NCBI GenBank assembly: GCA_963666515.2
Contig: OY762897.2
Span: 4,192,001-4,256,000 of the forward strand
DNA length: 64,000 nucleotides
Source: Candidatus Binatia bacterium
Lineage (GTDB): Bacteria; Desulfobacterota; Binatia; UBA9968; JAJDTQ01
Direction: 5' to 3'
Shown here: in pieces, positions 37,457-47,483 of the stretch
Layout: the number at the start of each line of letters is the position of its first letter
Numbering within the stretch: the stretch's first letter is position 1
Program-made: the position numbers and the translations under genes
The notes under the pieces: generated by a model
What the model saw: only the letters and a program-made list of their open reading frames with translations
Database searches by the model: none
What the model was told of the DNA's origin: nothing

Positions 37457-38533
37457 ATGTCCATTATCGATGCCGACGCCCACGTCGTCGAGTCCGAGCA
37501 TACTTGGGACTACATGGAACCGGCCGACCAGAAGTACCGTCCGCTCGTCGTGAGGCCGACCGGCGAGGGGGGCGGCGAGTACTGGTTCATCGACGGCAAG
37601 ATCCGGGGACTGGTTCGCATCGTCATGACCGCCCAGGAGTTGGGCGAGGTTGCCGAACGCACCGGCCGCGTGATGTTCACGCCGCAGGAAACGCGCGAGA
37701 TGGAGAACGTCGAGGCCCGCCTCAAGCACATGGACGAGCTGGGCATAGACGTCCAGGTGCTCTATCCTACCATCTTCATCGAGCAGGTAACCGACAAGCC
37801 CTCGGTGGAGATTCCCCTCTGCAAGAGCTACAACCGCTGGCTGACCGACCTTCACAGCCGGGGGGACGGACGCCTGCGCTGGATCTGCGTGCTGCCGTTG
37901 CTCGACATGAGCACGGCCCTGGAGGAGCTGGAGTACTGCAAGCAGAACGGCGCCTGCGGGGTCTTCATGCGCCCCATCGAGGGCCATCGCCTGCTGACCG
38001 ATCCCTACTTCTACCCCCTCTACGAGAAGATGAGCGAGCTGGACATGGCCGTGGGCGTGCACGTGGGCAACGGCAACCCCCAGGAGCTGGACCTCGTGTC
38101 CCAGTACAACGGCGGCGGCAGCTTCTGGAAGTTCCGCATCCCGGTCATCGGCATGTTCCACTCGGTGATCATGGGCGAGATACCCAAGATGTTCCCCAAG
38201 CTGCGCTTCCACTGGGCCGAGGCCGCTGCGCTCTGGGTGCCCTACGTGGTCAAGGACCTGCAGCGCCGCTGGGGCGCGCAGAACAAGGACTTGCCGGACA
38301 ACATCCTGAAGGAGTACCGGCAATACGTGTCGTGTCAGACCGACGACGACGTGGACTACGTGCTCCGGTATTCGGGGGAGGACAACATCGTCATCGGCAC
38401 CGACTACGGCCACAACGACCAGTCCACCGAGATCGAGGCGCTGCAGAACCTGAAGGAGTTGGGCAGCATCACCGAGCCGCAGTACGAGAAGATCGTGACG
38501 CAGAACCCGAAGGAGCTGTTCGCGCTGCAGTAG
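37457..38533 (+). CDS. Amidohydrolase_2 family protein
   Basis: MSIIDADAHVVE, YNRWL, GVH, FPKLRFHWAEA, GTDYGH; SD GGAGG. Confidence 0.88.
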   Translation: MSIIDADAHVVESEHTWDYMEPADQKYRPLVVRPTGEGGGEYWFIDGKIRGLVRIVMTAQELGEVAERTGRVMFTPQETREMENVEARLKHMDELGIDVQVLYPTIFIEQVTDKPSVEIPLCKSYNRWLTDLHSRGDGRLRWICVLPLLDMSTALEELEYCKQNGACGVFMRPIEGHRLLTDPYFYPLYEKMSELDMAVGVHVGNGNPQELDLVSQYNGGGSFWKFRIPVIGMFHSVIMGEIPKMFPKLRFHWAEAAALWVPYVVKDLQRRWGAQNKDLPDNILKEYRQYVSCQTDDDVDYVLRYSGEDNIVIGTDYGHNDQSTEIEALQNLKELGSITEPQYEKIVTQNPKELFALQ

Positions 38534-38537
38534 TGCC

Positions 38538-39083
38538 CTAGTCCGCCTTGGTGCGCACGCGCCAGCGCTGGTACTTGGCGCGCCCCTCGTCGCAGTTTTC
38601 CAGGGTCAGCCCGCGGATGAGATGCACCGGGCGGCCGCCCCCTCCCTGCCTCGATTCGCCACCCGCCACGGTCGCGCACAGCTTGGGCGTGCTCTTGGTC
38701 ACGATCTCACCGGTGGCGGTCAGCGAGAAGCCCTGCGCCGCTGATCCGTCGCACTTCGCCAGACCGAGCCGGGCGCCCGCCTGGGACCCGCCCGCGGTCA
38801 TGCACACGTCGAAGCCCGGCATGTGGAACCGTCCGGCCTTGATGCCGTCGGTGTCGAACCCCTGGTCCACGCCGATCTGCCCCTGATAGCTGTAGCAACT
38901 GTGGGCCTGGAGGCCCCTGTCGACCCGCGCACGGTGCTTGTAGCCGCGGATGTCCAGGCAAAAGCCGCGCTGATCGTCCAGGCGGTCAACGAGGACGACC
39001 TCCACCGTTTCGCCCGCCTGGGCGGAGTCGGAAAGGGGGACGCCGATAAGCGCAGCCAGCAGAATGAGTCCAGAGACTTTCAT
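38538..39083 (-). CDS. Secreted ricin-B/beta-trefoil lectin-like protein
   Basis: Signal peptide; FCLDI, VCMT, LAKCD..AQ.F, LCATV, LENCD...YQRW Cys/QxW pattern. Confidence 0.7.
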   Translation of the reverse strand: MKVSGLILLAALIGVPLSDSAQAGETVEVVLVDRLDDQRGFCLDIRGYKHRARVDRGLQAHSCYSYQGQIGVDQGFDTDGIKAGRFHMPGFDVCMTAGGSQAGARLGLAKCDGSAAQGFSLTATGEIVTKSTPKLCATVAGGESRQGGGGRPVHLIRGLTLENCDEGRAKYQRWRVRTKAD

Positions 39084-39129
39084 GTAACCTCCGTTTTCGC
39101 TCAAAGCTCTCTCGAATGTCGGGCTACGT

Positions 39130-40677
39130 TCAGGCGGTCTCCGTCTCGAAAGCTACCACGTTGCGGCTCTCTCGGCTGAACTCCACCCCGACTAGGTGGA
39201 CGGGTTGCCCCGAGCTCCGGTACTTGTCCGCGTAGCCGCGTTCCCTGAGCTGCGCCATGGCCGAACCCTCGGGCGCCAGCTCTACTACCTTGAACTCGAA
39301 CAAGTAAACCTGCTCGTTGAGCCGCATCGCCATATCCAGTCGGCCGCGGCTTGTGCTGTCTTCCAGGACCACATCCAATCCCAGCCCCGCAAACCATGCA
39401 TAGAGCACGCTGGCATAGTAGCCCTCGTAGCGAGCGATGTCGTTGCGGGTGTGCCACTCGTAGGGAATGCTGGCGAAGAATGCCCGCAGCAGCGCCTCCA
39501 CGCCGGCGAAGTCGTTGGTGCGCAGAAGCTCCCGCAGCCGCCGGCCCCTGCGCAGTTGGGCGGGAGCGTCCGGCGCCAGCGCCTTCAGCAGGCACTCGTT
39601 CAGACTCTTGCGCACTTCATGGTTCGGATAGTCCAGCCGGTACATCGTCTCCCCGTCCTCTTCCTCGACATCCGCGATTGTCAGATACCCGGACTGGAAC
39701 AGCAGCGCCTCGGTCTCCATGTTGTCCACGTCGAACCGCGACAGCAGATCGTCGTGACTGTAGGCGCCGTCCAGCGACGGGATGGCGGAACCTCGTCTCA
39801 GCAGCAGGTCTACGAGGAACGTCGGCGTACCGGTGCCGAACCAGTGGGCGCGGTACTCGCGCTTGTCGAACAGCAGCAACAGGTCGAATGGGTTGTAGAC
39901 GTCCTCGTCCCCCAGCCAGTTGTAGCCGTTGTACCAGCGGCGGATCTCGTCCCGGTCCAACCCGGCGAGCTCGGGAGCGAACACCCGGTCGAGGTCTGCG
40001 TCGGTGTAGCCGCAGATGGCCGAGTAGCGCCGGTCCAGTGTGACGTCGTTGAGGTTGTTGAGGCCGGAGAACACGCTGGCCTGGGAGAACTTGCTCACCC
40101 CTGTGAGAAAGGTGAACCGGACGTGTTCGTCGGAGTCCTTGATGGTTCCGTACAGCCCGCGCAGGATGTCACGGTTGGCCCGCGCCAAGTCCGGCTCCTC
40201 CAGCGCGTCCAGGATCGGCTTGTCGTACTCGTCCACAAGCACCGCCACCCGCTCACCAGCACTCTGGTGCAGCACCCGAAGCAGGCGACGAAGGCGCCCC
40301 GGTGCCGTCGTATGCCCGGAGGGCGACCCCGCCTGTTCTTCGGCGTCGGCCAACTGCTCGATGATGTTCGCTTGCAGGTATCCCGGCTCCTTGAAGTTCC
40401 CTGCACCGAAGCTCAAGCACACCACCGGATGGCGCCTTGACCAGTCCCACTTGTCGTGAACGTCGAGACCCCGGAACAATCCTTCGGTGCCCTCGAAGAG
40501 TTCCTTCAGGGTATTCAGGAACAGGCTCTTTCCGAAGCGGCGCGGGCGGGACAGGAAGTAGGACTTGCCGCCGTCGACCAACCGCCACGCATAGGCGGTC
40601 TTGTCCACATAGTAATAGTCGCCCTCGCGTATTTCACGGAAGGTCTGGATGCCGATGGGCAGCTTGCGCTTCGTCAT
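39130..40677 (-). CDS. AAA-ATPase-like + PD-(D/E)XK nuclease (PDDEXK_9-type) protein
   Basis: KLPIGIQTF, YYVDKT, SRPRRFGKSL, LVDEYDKP, YNPFD, GRLDM..FEFK. Confidence 0.9.
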   Translation of the reverse strand: MTKRKLPIGIQTFREIREGDYYYVDKTAYAWRLVDGGKSYFLSRPRRFGKSLFLNTLKELFEGTEGLFRGLDVHDKWDWSRRHPVVCLSFGAGNFKEPGYLQANIIEQLADAEEQAGSPSGHTTAPGRLRRLLRVLHQSAGERVAVLVDEYDKPILDALEEPDLARANRDILRGLYGTIKDSDEHVRFTFLTGVSKFSQASVFSGLNNLNDVTLDRRYSAICGYTDADLDRVFAPELAGLDRDEIRRWYNGYNWLGDEDVYNPFDLLLLFDKREYRAHWFGTGTPTFLVDLLLRRGSAIPSLDGAYSHDDLLSRFDVDNMETEALLFQSGYLTIADVEEEDGETMYRLDYPNHEVRKSLNECLLKALAPDAPAQLRRGRRLRELLRTNDFAGVEALLRAFFASIPYEWHTRNDIARYEGYYASVLYAWFAGLGLDVVLEDSTSRGRLDMAMRLNEQVYLFEFKVVELAPEGSAMAQLRERGYADKYRSSGQPVHLVGVEFSRESRNVVAFETETA

Positions 40678-40745
40678 GGAGGCATTCCGTTCCCGTTCGT
40701 CGCGGAATCCGATTCTGCAGCCTTGACCTTTCGCCGACTGGGGAT

Positions 40746-41717
40746 TCAACGGTCCAGTTTGAGCAGCCGGGCAGCCGTACCCCCCAGGATACCCTCTTTG
40801 ACTCCCTCTTCAAGCTCCAGATTCCTCACCGCCTCGATGTATTCGCGTATGGCCCGGTTACCCTTGCCGGTCTCCGTGCTCACCCCCGTGAAGTTCTGCG
40901 GATAGTCCGTGGCGAACACCAGCCTTTCCGGGCGGATTCCCAGCAGGCCGCAACGGAGGGAAGTAAGCCCTCCCTCGAACCCGGACAGATCGAAATAGAG
41001 CCGGTCCAGATACTGCTCGAACGGACGTTTCAACGTGCCGAACCGGTGCGCCATGGCCACGAGCCGGTCCTTGAACGCGGCGATGCCGCCGCCGAAGTGG
41101 CCGATGACGAAGTCGATCTCGGGGTGCCGGTCCAGCACCCCGCCGGCAATCAGCCGTATGGTCGCAATGGTGAGATCGATCTCCCTGCCGATGATGCGCG
41201 GCAGATCATAGCCCTGAATGGAATCGTACCCCTTGGGCACCAGCGCCGGATGCACGAAGATCGGGACACCGAGCCGCGCGACCCGCTCATAGAACCGATC
41301 CAGCTCCGGCGCGTCGAGAAAGAGGCCGCCCACTTGGGAGGTGATGGTCACGCCGTGGAGCCCGCGCTCCAGGATCGCCCGGTCCAACTCGTCCAGCGCC
41401 TTTTCGCCTTCGAGGACCGGCGCATGCGCCAAGCCGACGAACCGCCCGTGGTACTCCCGCTCCAACTCGGCATAGCTGTCATTGATGACTTGGCAATCAT
41501 CGAGACTTCCGTCCCATCCCAGGTGGCAGGACAGCACCGACACGTCCACCCCAGCCTCGTCCATGTCCCGGAGTTGCGCCTCCGCGTCATACAGCTTCGC
41601 ATGAAGTGTCATCCGCGGCACGCCGTCCTCGGTGGCCACGGCGACCTTGTCGGAGTAGAGGCCCTTCTTTCGGGCCAGCTTCTCGGGCATGTAGTGATGC
41701 TGGAAGTCGATGACCAC
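40746..41717 (-). CDS. Amidohydrolase_2 family protein (ACMSD-like)
   Basis: IDFQHH, PIFVHP, GHFGGG, VFATDYP. Confidence 0.87.
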   Translation of the reverse strand: MVIDFQHHYMPEKLARKKGLYSDKVAVATEDGVPRMTLHAKLYDAEAQLRDMDEAGVDVSVLSCHLGWDGSLDDCQVINDSYAELEREYHGRFVGLAHAPVLEGEKALDELDRAILERGLHGVTITSQVGGLFLDAPELDRFYERVARLGVPIFVHPALVPKGYDSIQGYDLPRIIGREIDLTIATIRLIAGGVLDRHPEIDFVIGHFGGGIAAFKDRLVAMAHRFGTLKRPFEQYLDRLYFDLSGFEGGLTSLRCGLLGIRPERLVFATDYPQNFTGVSTETGKGNRAIREYIEAVRNLELEEGVKEGILGGTAARLLKLDR

Positions 41718-41720
41718 GGT

Positions 41721-42074
41721 TTAGCTCATTGGGCGAAGGCCAAGAAGCATACGCAGGCTTTCCTCGACTTGGCCCATGATTGCGTCGGAAGCTCGTCCCG
41801 CCTGCTCGATGAGGTATTCCTTGTCCAAGGTTATGATCTGCGACACGTTTATCACAGACGTCCGGGGCAAGCCTGTTCCTCGCCGGGCAAGGGAGACATT
41901 ACCGGGTGCCTCGGCTAGTCTGAGGTTGGAGGTGATTGCCAACGCGACCACGGTCCGAATTCGGCTTCGGTTGAAGCCGTCGGATTGAACGATCAGAACA
42001 GGACGGCGGTACCCCGGCTCGGATCGCCCCGGAACCGGCAAGTCCGCCCACCAGATCTCGCCACGATTCACCAC
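41721..42074 (-). CDS. mazF: PemK/MazF family endoribonuclease toxin
   Basis: RGEIWWADL..GSEPG.RRPVLIVQSDGFN, AITSN, GLPRTSVINVSQIITLDK. Confidence 0.92.
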   Translation of the reverse strand: MVNRGEIWWADLPVPGRSEPGYRRPVLIVQSDGFNRSRIRTVVALAITSNLRLAEAPGNVSLARRGTGLPRTSVINVSQIITLDKEYLIEQAGRASDAIMGQVEESLRMLLGLRPMS

Positions 42075-42316
42075 CCGTCCTCGTCGGCGGGCAACGAGAG
42101 GAATTGGAGGGCCTCGAGTCGCTTATCGAGCGCCGAGATCGAAGGGTCTTGGCCGTACACGGCGTTGAGCCGTTCCGTCAACTGGTCGCCAGCGTGCCGC
42201 GCAACGAACTCACCGACAGCCTTCGTGTAGAGTTCGCTCCGGGAGATTCCCAACCTCTTCGCCGTACGCTCCCCGGCCTCGAAAACTTCGTCTCGAATGG
42301 AAATGGCCGTTTTCAT
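42068..42316 (-). CDS. RHH antitoxin (ChpI/MazE-like)
   Basis: MKTAISIRDEVFEAGERTAKRLGISRSELYTKAV; overlaps the toxin start. Confidence 0.88.
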   Translation of the reverse strand: MKTAISIRDEVFEAGERTAKRLGISRSELYTKAVGEFVARHAGDQLTERLNAVYGQDPSISALDKRLEALQFLSLPADEDGW

Positions 42317-42323
42317 GATTTGC

Positions 42324-42343
42324 AGTATAACCCAGGTTATACT
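42324..42343. promoter_or_regulatory. TA operator palindrome overlapping the -10 box
   Basis: AGTATAACC-CA-GGTTATACT with perfect 9-bp arms; minus-strand TATACT lies 7 nt before the antitoxin ATG. Confidence 0.7.
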
Positions 42344-42492
42344 CCTGCACAATCCCAAGGCGCCTTGCCATCCACCGAAGGACGGTTGATAATGCATGTT
42401 CGAGGGTGGAGTACTTCTTTTCCCTGAACGGTTGAGTCGTGACTCATCCTGCCTTGCGGATGGAACAACCTGCCTTGTCGATGGACCTCACC

Positions 42493-44112
42493 ATGAACCG
42501 CCGCCGGCTCCCCATCGGGATCCAGGACTTTCGGACAATCCGGGAGCGGGACGGCTACTATTACGTGGACAAGACGCCCCTCATCCGGGAACTGCTGGAA
42601 AGGGGGCGGTACTACTTCCTGTCCCGCCCGCGCCGGTTCGGCAAGAGCCTCCTGGTGGATACCTTGCAGGAACTGTTCGAGGGAAACGAGGCTCTGTTCA
42701 GGGGTCTGGACATCCACGGGCACTGGGACTGGTCGGACCGTCACCCGGTCGTGGGGCTGAGCTTTGGCGGGAAGTACAACGAGCCGGACGACCTGGAGCG
42801 CAGCACGCTCAACCAGTTGGCGATCATCGAGCACGGCGCCGGTCTCGAGCCGGCGCCGGACGCAGGCACCGGACCGGAGCGCCTGCGCAATCTCCTGTAT
42901 CGCCTGCATCACGCCTCCGGCCGGCCCGCGGTGGTGCTGGTGGACGAGTACGACAAGCCGATCCTTGACGCGCTGGAGACCCCGGACCTGGCGAAGGCGA
43001 ACCGCGACTATCTGCGGGGCTTCTACGGGATCATCAAGGACAGCGCCCGCCACGTGCGGTTTGTCCTGGTCACCGGGGTGAGCATGTTCTCGAAGGTGAG
43101 CCTGTTTTCGGGCCTCAACAACCTGGAGGACATCAGCCTGGACCCGCGCTACGCTACGATCTGCGGGTACACGGATGGGGACCTGGACCGGGTGTTCGGC
43201 CCGGAGTTGCCGGGTCTGGATCGGGACGATATCCGGCGCTGGTACAACGGCTATCACTGGCTCGGTGAGGAAAAGGTCTACAACCCCTTTGATCTGCTGC
43301 TGCTGTTCCGGCGGCGCCGGTTCAGCCCCTACTGGTTCGAGACCGGCTCGCCCACGTTCCTGTACCGGATGCTGGTGGAAAAGAAAGTCAACCCGATGAC
43401 CCTGGAGAATCGGGTCACGGATGCAGGGCTGGTGTCAGACTTCGACGTGGACGACATCGGCATCGACGCGTTGCTGTTCCAGACCGGCTACCTGACCATC
43501 GCAGGCGAAACGTGGGACGGCGTGGAGACGCTCTACACGTTGGACTATCCCAATTTCGAGGTGCGCCGCAGCTTGAACCAGGGGCTCCTGGAATACGTGA
43601 CCCGGCGGGGACGGGAGGCCGTGGACCAGGGGAAGGAACTGGCCGGCCTTCTCTCGGCGAACGACTTCACCGGTTTCGGGGAGCGGCTGCAGGCGTATCT
43701 GTCGGGGATTCCGCATCAATGGTACGACCGTAGCGAGGTCGAACGATACGAGGCCCATTACGCCAGCATGCTGTACATGGGTTTCCGGGCAATCGGGGTG
43801 GACCTTCGTGTAGAGGAGGCATCGAGCCACGGCCGCTCGGACATGGTGGTGTTTCACCACAATCAGGTATTCGTGCTGGAGTTCAAGATGGCGGACGGGG
43901 AGGGGGAGGCGGCCTCGGTAATGGACCGGGCCATGTCCCAATTGAGGGAACGCGGCTATGGGGAGAAGTACAGGGACCGCGGGGAGCCGATCCACCTGGT
44001 AGGGATGGTATTCGGCCGGAAGGAGCGGAACCTGCTGGGAATCCGGCACGAGCGGGTGCCGGGTGTCAATGGACTAGCGGCAGCAGCGCCATCGGAGTCC
44101 TTCGAGCCATGA
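42493..44112 (+). CDS. AAA-ATPase-like + PD-(D/E)XK nuclease protein (paralog of 39130-40677)
   Basis: RLPIGIQDF, SRPRRFGKSL, LVDEYDKP, GRSDM..LEFK; stop overlaps the next ATG. Confidence 0.9.
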   Translation: MNRRRLPIGIQDFRTIRERDGYYYVDKTPLIRELLERGRYYFLSRPRRFGKSLLVDTLQELFEGNEALFRGLDIHGHWDWSDRHPVVGLSFGGKYNEPDDLERSTLNQLAIIEHGAGLEPAPDAGTGPERLRNLLYRLHHASGRPAVVLVDEYDKPILDALETPDLAKANRDYLRGFYGIIKDSARHVRFVLVTGVSMFSKVSLFSGLNNLEDISLDPRYATICGYTDGDLDRVFGPELPGLDRDDIRRWYNGYHWLGEEKVYNPFDLLLLFRRRRFSPYWFETGSPTFLYRMLVEKKVNPMTLENRVTDAGLVSDFDVDDIGIDALLFQTGYLTIAGETWDGVETLYTLDYPNFEVRRSLNQGLLEYVTRRGREAVDQGKELAGLLSANDFTGFGERLQAYLSGIPHQWYDRSEVERYEAHYASMLYMGFRAIGVDLRVEEASSHGRSDMVVFHHNQVFVLEFKMADGEGEAASVMDRAMSQLRERGYGEKYRDRGEPIHLVGMVFGRKERNLLGIRHERVPGVNGLAAAAPSESFEP

Positions 44113-46280
44113 ACAACGCCAACACCATCATCCCCAGCACCTGCTGGGAGTGCAGCGCCCATTGCGGGTCGCTGGTCACCGTCGAGGACGGGCGGGTGAC
44201 CAAGGTATCGCCCTACCCGGAGCACCCGGCGTCCCTGGGGGCGTTCTGCGTGAAGGGAATCCGGGGCCTGCCGGAGCTGACCTACCATCCGGACCGGGTG
44301 CTCTATCCGATGAAGCGATCGGGGCCGCGGGGCGGCGGGCGGTGGCAGCGGGTGTCGTGGGACGAGGCGCTGGACGAGATGGCGGAGTCGATGCTGGCGG
44401 TGCGGGAGCGGTACGGTGCGGCGGCGCTGTGCGGGGCGGTGAGCAACGCGCACTTCAGCCGCGGGGTGATGCTGGCGTTGCTGCTGCGCGCCTTCGGGTC
44501 GCCCAACTGGATGATGAACCAGGACCTGTGCGGCGGGTGCCGGGCGCTGAGCGACCGGATCACGGGGCTGGCAATCAGCAAGGGCGAGGACATCGACAAT
44601 ACCCGCTGTGCGCTGGTCGTGGGGCGGAATCCCTATGCGGCGGACCCGCCGCAGTGGCAGGCGCTCAAGCGCGCCAAGGCGAAGGGGGCGCGCGTCGTTG
44701 TCATCGATCCGGGAGAGACGCCGGCGTCCACCATGGCGGACCTCTGGCTGCGGCCGCGGCCGGGCACGGATGCCGCCATTGGGCTGGCCATGATCCACTG
44801 GCTGGTGGAGCACGGCCGCTACGACCGGGATTTCGTGGAGCGCTGGTGCCACGGGTTCGATGCGCTGGCGGAGCGGGCGGCACAGTACCCGGCGGAGCGC
44901 GCGGCCGAGTTGACCGGGGTCCCGCGAGCGGACATTGAGCGGGCTGCGGATCTCTACGCCGACGGGCCTTCCTGCTTCGTGAGCGGGCACGGCATCGACG
45001 CCTTCAGCGCCGGCGTACAGACCTTCCGGGCGTTCCATTGCCTGGTGGCCATCAGCGGCAACCTGGACCGCCAGGGCGGCAACCGGCGCGTGAAGAAGCC
45101 GGCAGGGTTCACCAACTACATCGAGGTGCTGCACAAGCCCGATTTCCGGCTGCCCCTGGAAGTGGAGCAGCGGACCATCGGCGCCGACCGCTTCCCGCTG
45201 TGGGCGGGACCTGACGGCTGGCAGACGGCCTGCCACAACCCGTCGGTGATCGAGGCGGTGCTGAGCGGGAAGCCTTACCCGGTGCGAGCCATGTACGTCA
45301 GCGGCGTAAACATCGTGGTGACCTATCCCGATACCCCGAAGACCCTGACGGCACTGAAGTCCCTGGACTTCCTTGCGGTGGCCACCCACATGATGAACCC
45401 GACGGCCGAGTACGCGGACATCGTGCTGCCCAAGACCACGGGGCTGGAGGACGAGGAGGTTTCGCTGGAAGGCTCGGGGCCGTGCCTGAGCCTGATCCAG
45501 CCTGCGGTGGAGCCGCTGGGGGAGGCGCGCGGCGACTTCCGTATCGCCCATGACTTGGCCCGGCACATCGAAGCCCGTGGCGTCGCTGAGGCGCGTCGGT
45601 TCATTCCCTGGGAAACCAAGCGCGAGTTCAACGAGTTCCTGCTGGGCGACTGCGGCGTCACCGTGGAGCAGATGCGGGAGAAGGGCTACGCGAACTTCCC
45701 CTTCACCTACGGCGACTTCGAGAAGGCCGGGTTCAAGACAAAAACGGGCAAGGTGGAACTCTACGCCGAGCGCCTCGCCGAGTTGGGCCTGGACCCGCTA
45801 CCCGACTACACGCCGACCCGGGCGGAGCGCGAGGCGCCTGCGGTGCGCGACGCCTACCCGCTGACGCTGCTCACGGGAGTGCGAGAGCGCACCTACCACC
45901 ACTCGCGGTTCCGCGACCAGGGTTGGGCGCGCAAGGTCTCGCCGGACCCTTGGCTGCAACTGCATCCGGATACGGCGACGCAGTACCGGCTCGCCCACGA
46001 CGACTGGGTCTGGGTGGAGACCGCCGGCGGTCCGGGCCGCTGCCGCCTGAAGGTCCGTGTCACCGAGGCCACCCTGCCCGGGGTGGCGCGCACCGGCATG
46101 GGTTGGTGGTACCCGGAAGCGGAAGCCCCGCACCGCGGCGCGCTGGAGGTGAACATCAACGCCGCCATGCGCTATGATGGGCCGTGGGATCCGGTGACGG
46201 GGTCGGCGGACACGCGCGGGCTGCCGTGCCGTATTGCCAAGGTCGAGGCTCTGCAAGAGGGGAGTCAGAGCAAACTCTGA
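44109..46280 (+). CDS. Molybdopterin (bis-PGD) oxidoreductase, possibly acetylene-hydratase-like subgroup
   Basis: CWECSAHC...FCVKG 4Fe-4S motif, RPRPGTDAA, TAEYADIVLP, YHHSR, LHPDTA. Confidence 0.88.
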   Translation: MNNANTIIPSTCWECSAHCGSLVTVEDGRVTKVSPYPEHPASLGAFCVKGIRGLPELTYHPDRVLYPMKRSGPRGGGRWQRVSWDEALDEMAESMLAVRERYGAAALCGAVSNAHFSRGVMLALLLRAFGSPNWMMNQDLCGGCRALSDRITGLAISKGEDIDNTRCALVVGRNPYAADPPQWQALKRAKAKGARVVVIDPGETPASTMADLWLRPRPGTDAAIGLAMIHWLVEHGRYDRDFVERWCHGFDALAERAAQYPAERAAELTGVPRADIERAADLYADGPSCFVSGHGIDAFSAGVQTFRAFHCLVAISGNLDRQGGNRRVKKPAGFTNYIEVLHKPDFRLPLEVEQRTIGADRFPLWAGPDGWQTACHNPSVIEAVLSGKPYPVRAMYVSGVNIVVTYPDTPKTLTALKSLDFLAVATHMMNPTAEYADIVLPKTTGLEDEEVSLEGSGPCLSLIQPAVEPLGEARGDFRIAHDLARHIEARGVAEARRFIPWETKREFNEFLLGDCGVTVEQMREKGYANFPFTYGDFEKAGFKTKTGKVELYAERLAELGLDPLPDYTPTRAEREAPAVRDAYPLTLLTGVRERTYHHSRFRDQGWARKVSPDPWLQLHPDTATQYRLAHDDWVWVETAGGPGRCRLKVRVTEATLPGVARTGMGWWYPEAEAPHRGALEVNINAAMRYDGPWDPVTGSADTRGLPCRIAKVEALQEGSQSKL

Positions 46281-46295
46281 TCGATTGAACCGCAT

Positions 46296-46352
46296 CCTTC
46301 GACTTCGCTTCTCTACGCTTGGCGTGGGCTTGTCGAAGGGCTCAGGGCGAAC
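46296..46352. repeat. REP-like element (CCTTCGAC...GTCGAAGG-GCTCAGGGCGAAC)
   Basis: 8-bp IR at 46296-46303 and 46332-46339; CCTTCGACTTCGCT recurs at 60057-60070. Confidence 0.55.
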
Positions 46353-46397
46353 AGCATTCAGACGCGAACAATGGGCGGGAACTTCGGAGGTAGACCC

Positions 46398-47471
46398 ATG
46401 CTGAACAAAAGCAGACAACCGGCCGTGCTGAGCCAGCCCGTGGTGGATCCGGCGGCCTGGACCGCGGAGGACCTGGACGCCGATCAGAGCTGGATCTACC
46501 AGCTCACCGAGAGCGATATCGTGGAGCTGGACGCGGCTGTCGCACAGGTGGAGGAACGCGGGCTCGACATCATGGACATCCACCGGGACGACTTCGTGCT
46601 CCCGAACTTGGCGGACAGGCTCGATGAGGTCGCCGACGAGGTGATCGACGGCCGCGGCATAGGGCTCATACGCGGGGTGCCGGTACACCGTTACAGTCGC
46701 CAGCAGGCGGCCATCGCCTTCTGGGGAATCGGCACGTACCTCGGCGTGCCCGTGTCCCAGAACGCCAAGGGCCACCTCCTGGGCCACGTGGCCGACCTCG
46801 GCTCGCACTCGCTCACGAACCCCAAGCATCGCGGCTACCAGACCCACGACATGCTGCCGTTCCACTGCGACTCCAGCGACGTGGTTGTGCTGATGTGCCT
46901 GCACCCGGCCAAGTCCGGAGGGTTGAGCCGCTTCACCAGCGCCCTCAACGTCTACAACGAGATGCTGAAACGCCGCCCCGAGCTGGTGCCGGAGCTGGCC
47001 GCACCCATCTACCGCGACCGGCGCGGCGAGATCCCGGAAGGGAAGGAGCCCTGGTGGCAGCTTCCGGTGTTCAACTTCTTTGACGGCTACCTGACCGTGA
47101 ACGTGGGCGGCACCTACATCCGCTCCGCGCAGCGCTTCGAGGAGTTGCCGCGCCACTCCGAGGCCCTCAAGGAAGCCCTGGACCTGTGCAGGGACCTGTG
47201 CGACGAGCTGTCGTATGACATGGAGTTCCTGCAGGGAGACGTGCAGGTCCTCCACAACCACGTCACCTGCCATTCGCGCACCGAGTTCGAGGACTACCCG
47301 GAGCCCGAGCGCCGGCGCAACCTGCTGCGCCTGTGGCTCTCCACTCCCGGAGGGCGGCCGCTGCCGCCCACCTACCGCGACCGTTACGGCCATCTGAACG
47401 ACGGCGAACGGCCCGGCGGCGGCATCGTGGTGCCGGGGACGGTCTACACCGCGCCGCTGTATCCGGAATAG
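46398..47471 (+). CDS. TauD/TfdA family Fe(II)/2OG dioxygenase
   Basis: FHCDSSD (HxD), HN..CHSR, RNLLRLWL; SD GGAGG. Confidence 0.88.
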   Translation: MLNKSRQPAVLSQPVVDPAAWTAEDLDADQSWIYQLTESDIVELDAAVAQVEERGLDIMDIHRDDFVLPNLADRLDEVADEVIDGRGIGLIRGVPVHRYSRQQAAIAFWGIGTYLGVPVSQNAKGHLLGHVADLGSHSLTNPKHRGYQTHDMLPFHCDSSDVVVLMCLHPAKSGGLSRFTSALNVYNEMLKRRPELVPELAAPIYRDRRGEIPEGKEPWWQLPVFNFFDGYLTVNVGGTYIRSAQRFEELPRHSEALKEALDLCRDLCDELSYDMEFLQGDVQVLHNHVTCHSRTEFEDYPEPERRRNLLRLWLSTPGGRPLPPTYRDRYGHLNDGERPGGGIVVPGTVYTAPLYPE

Positions 47472-47483
47472 GGGAGATGGGGC

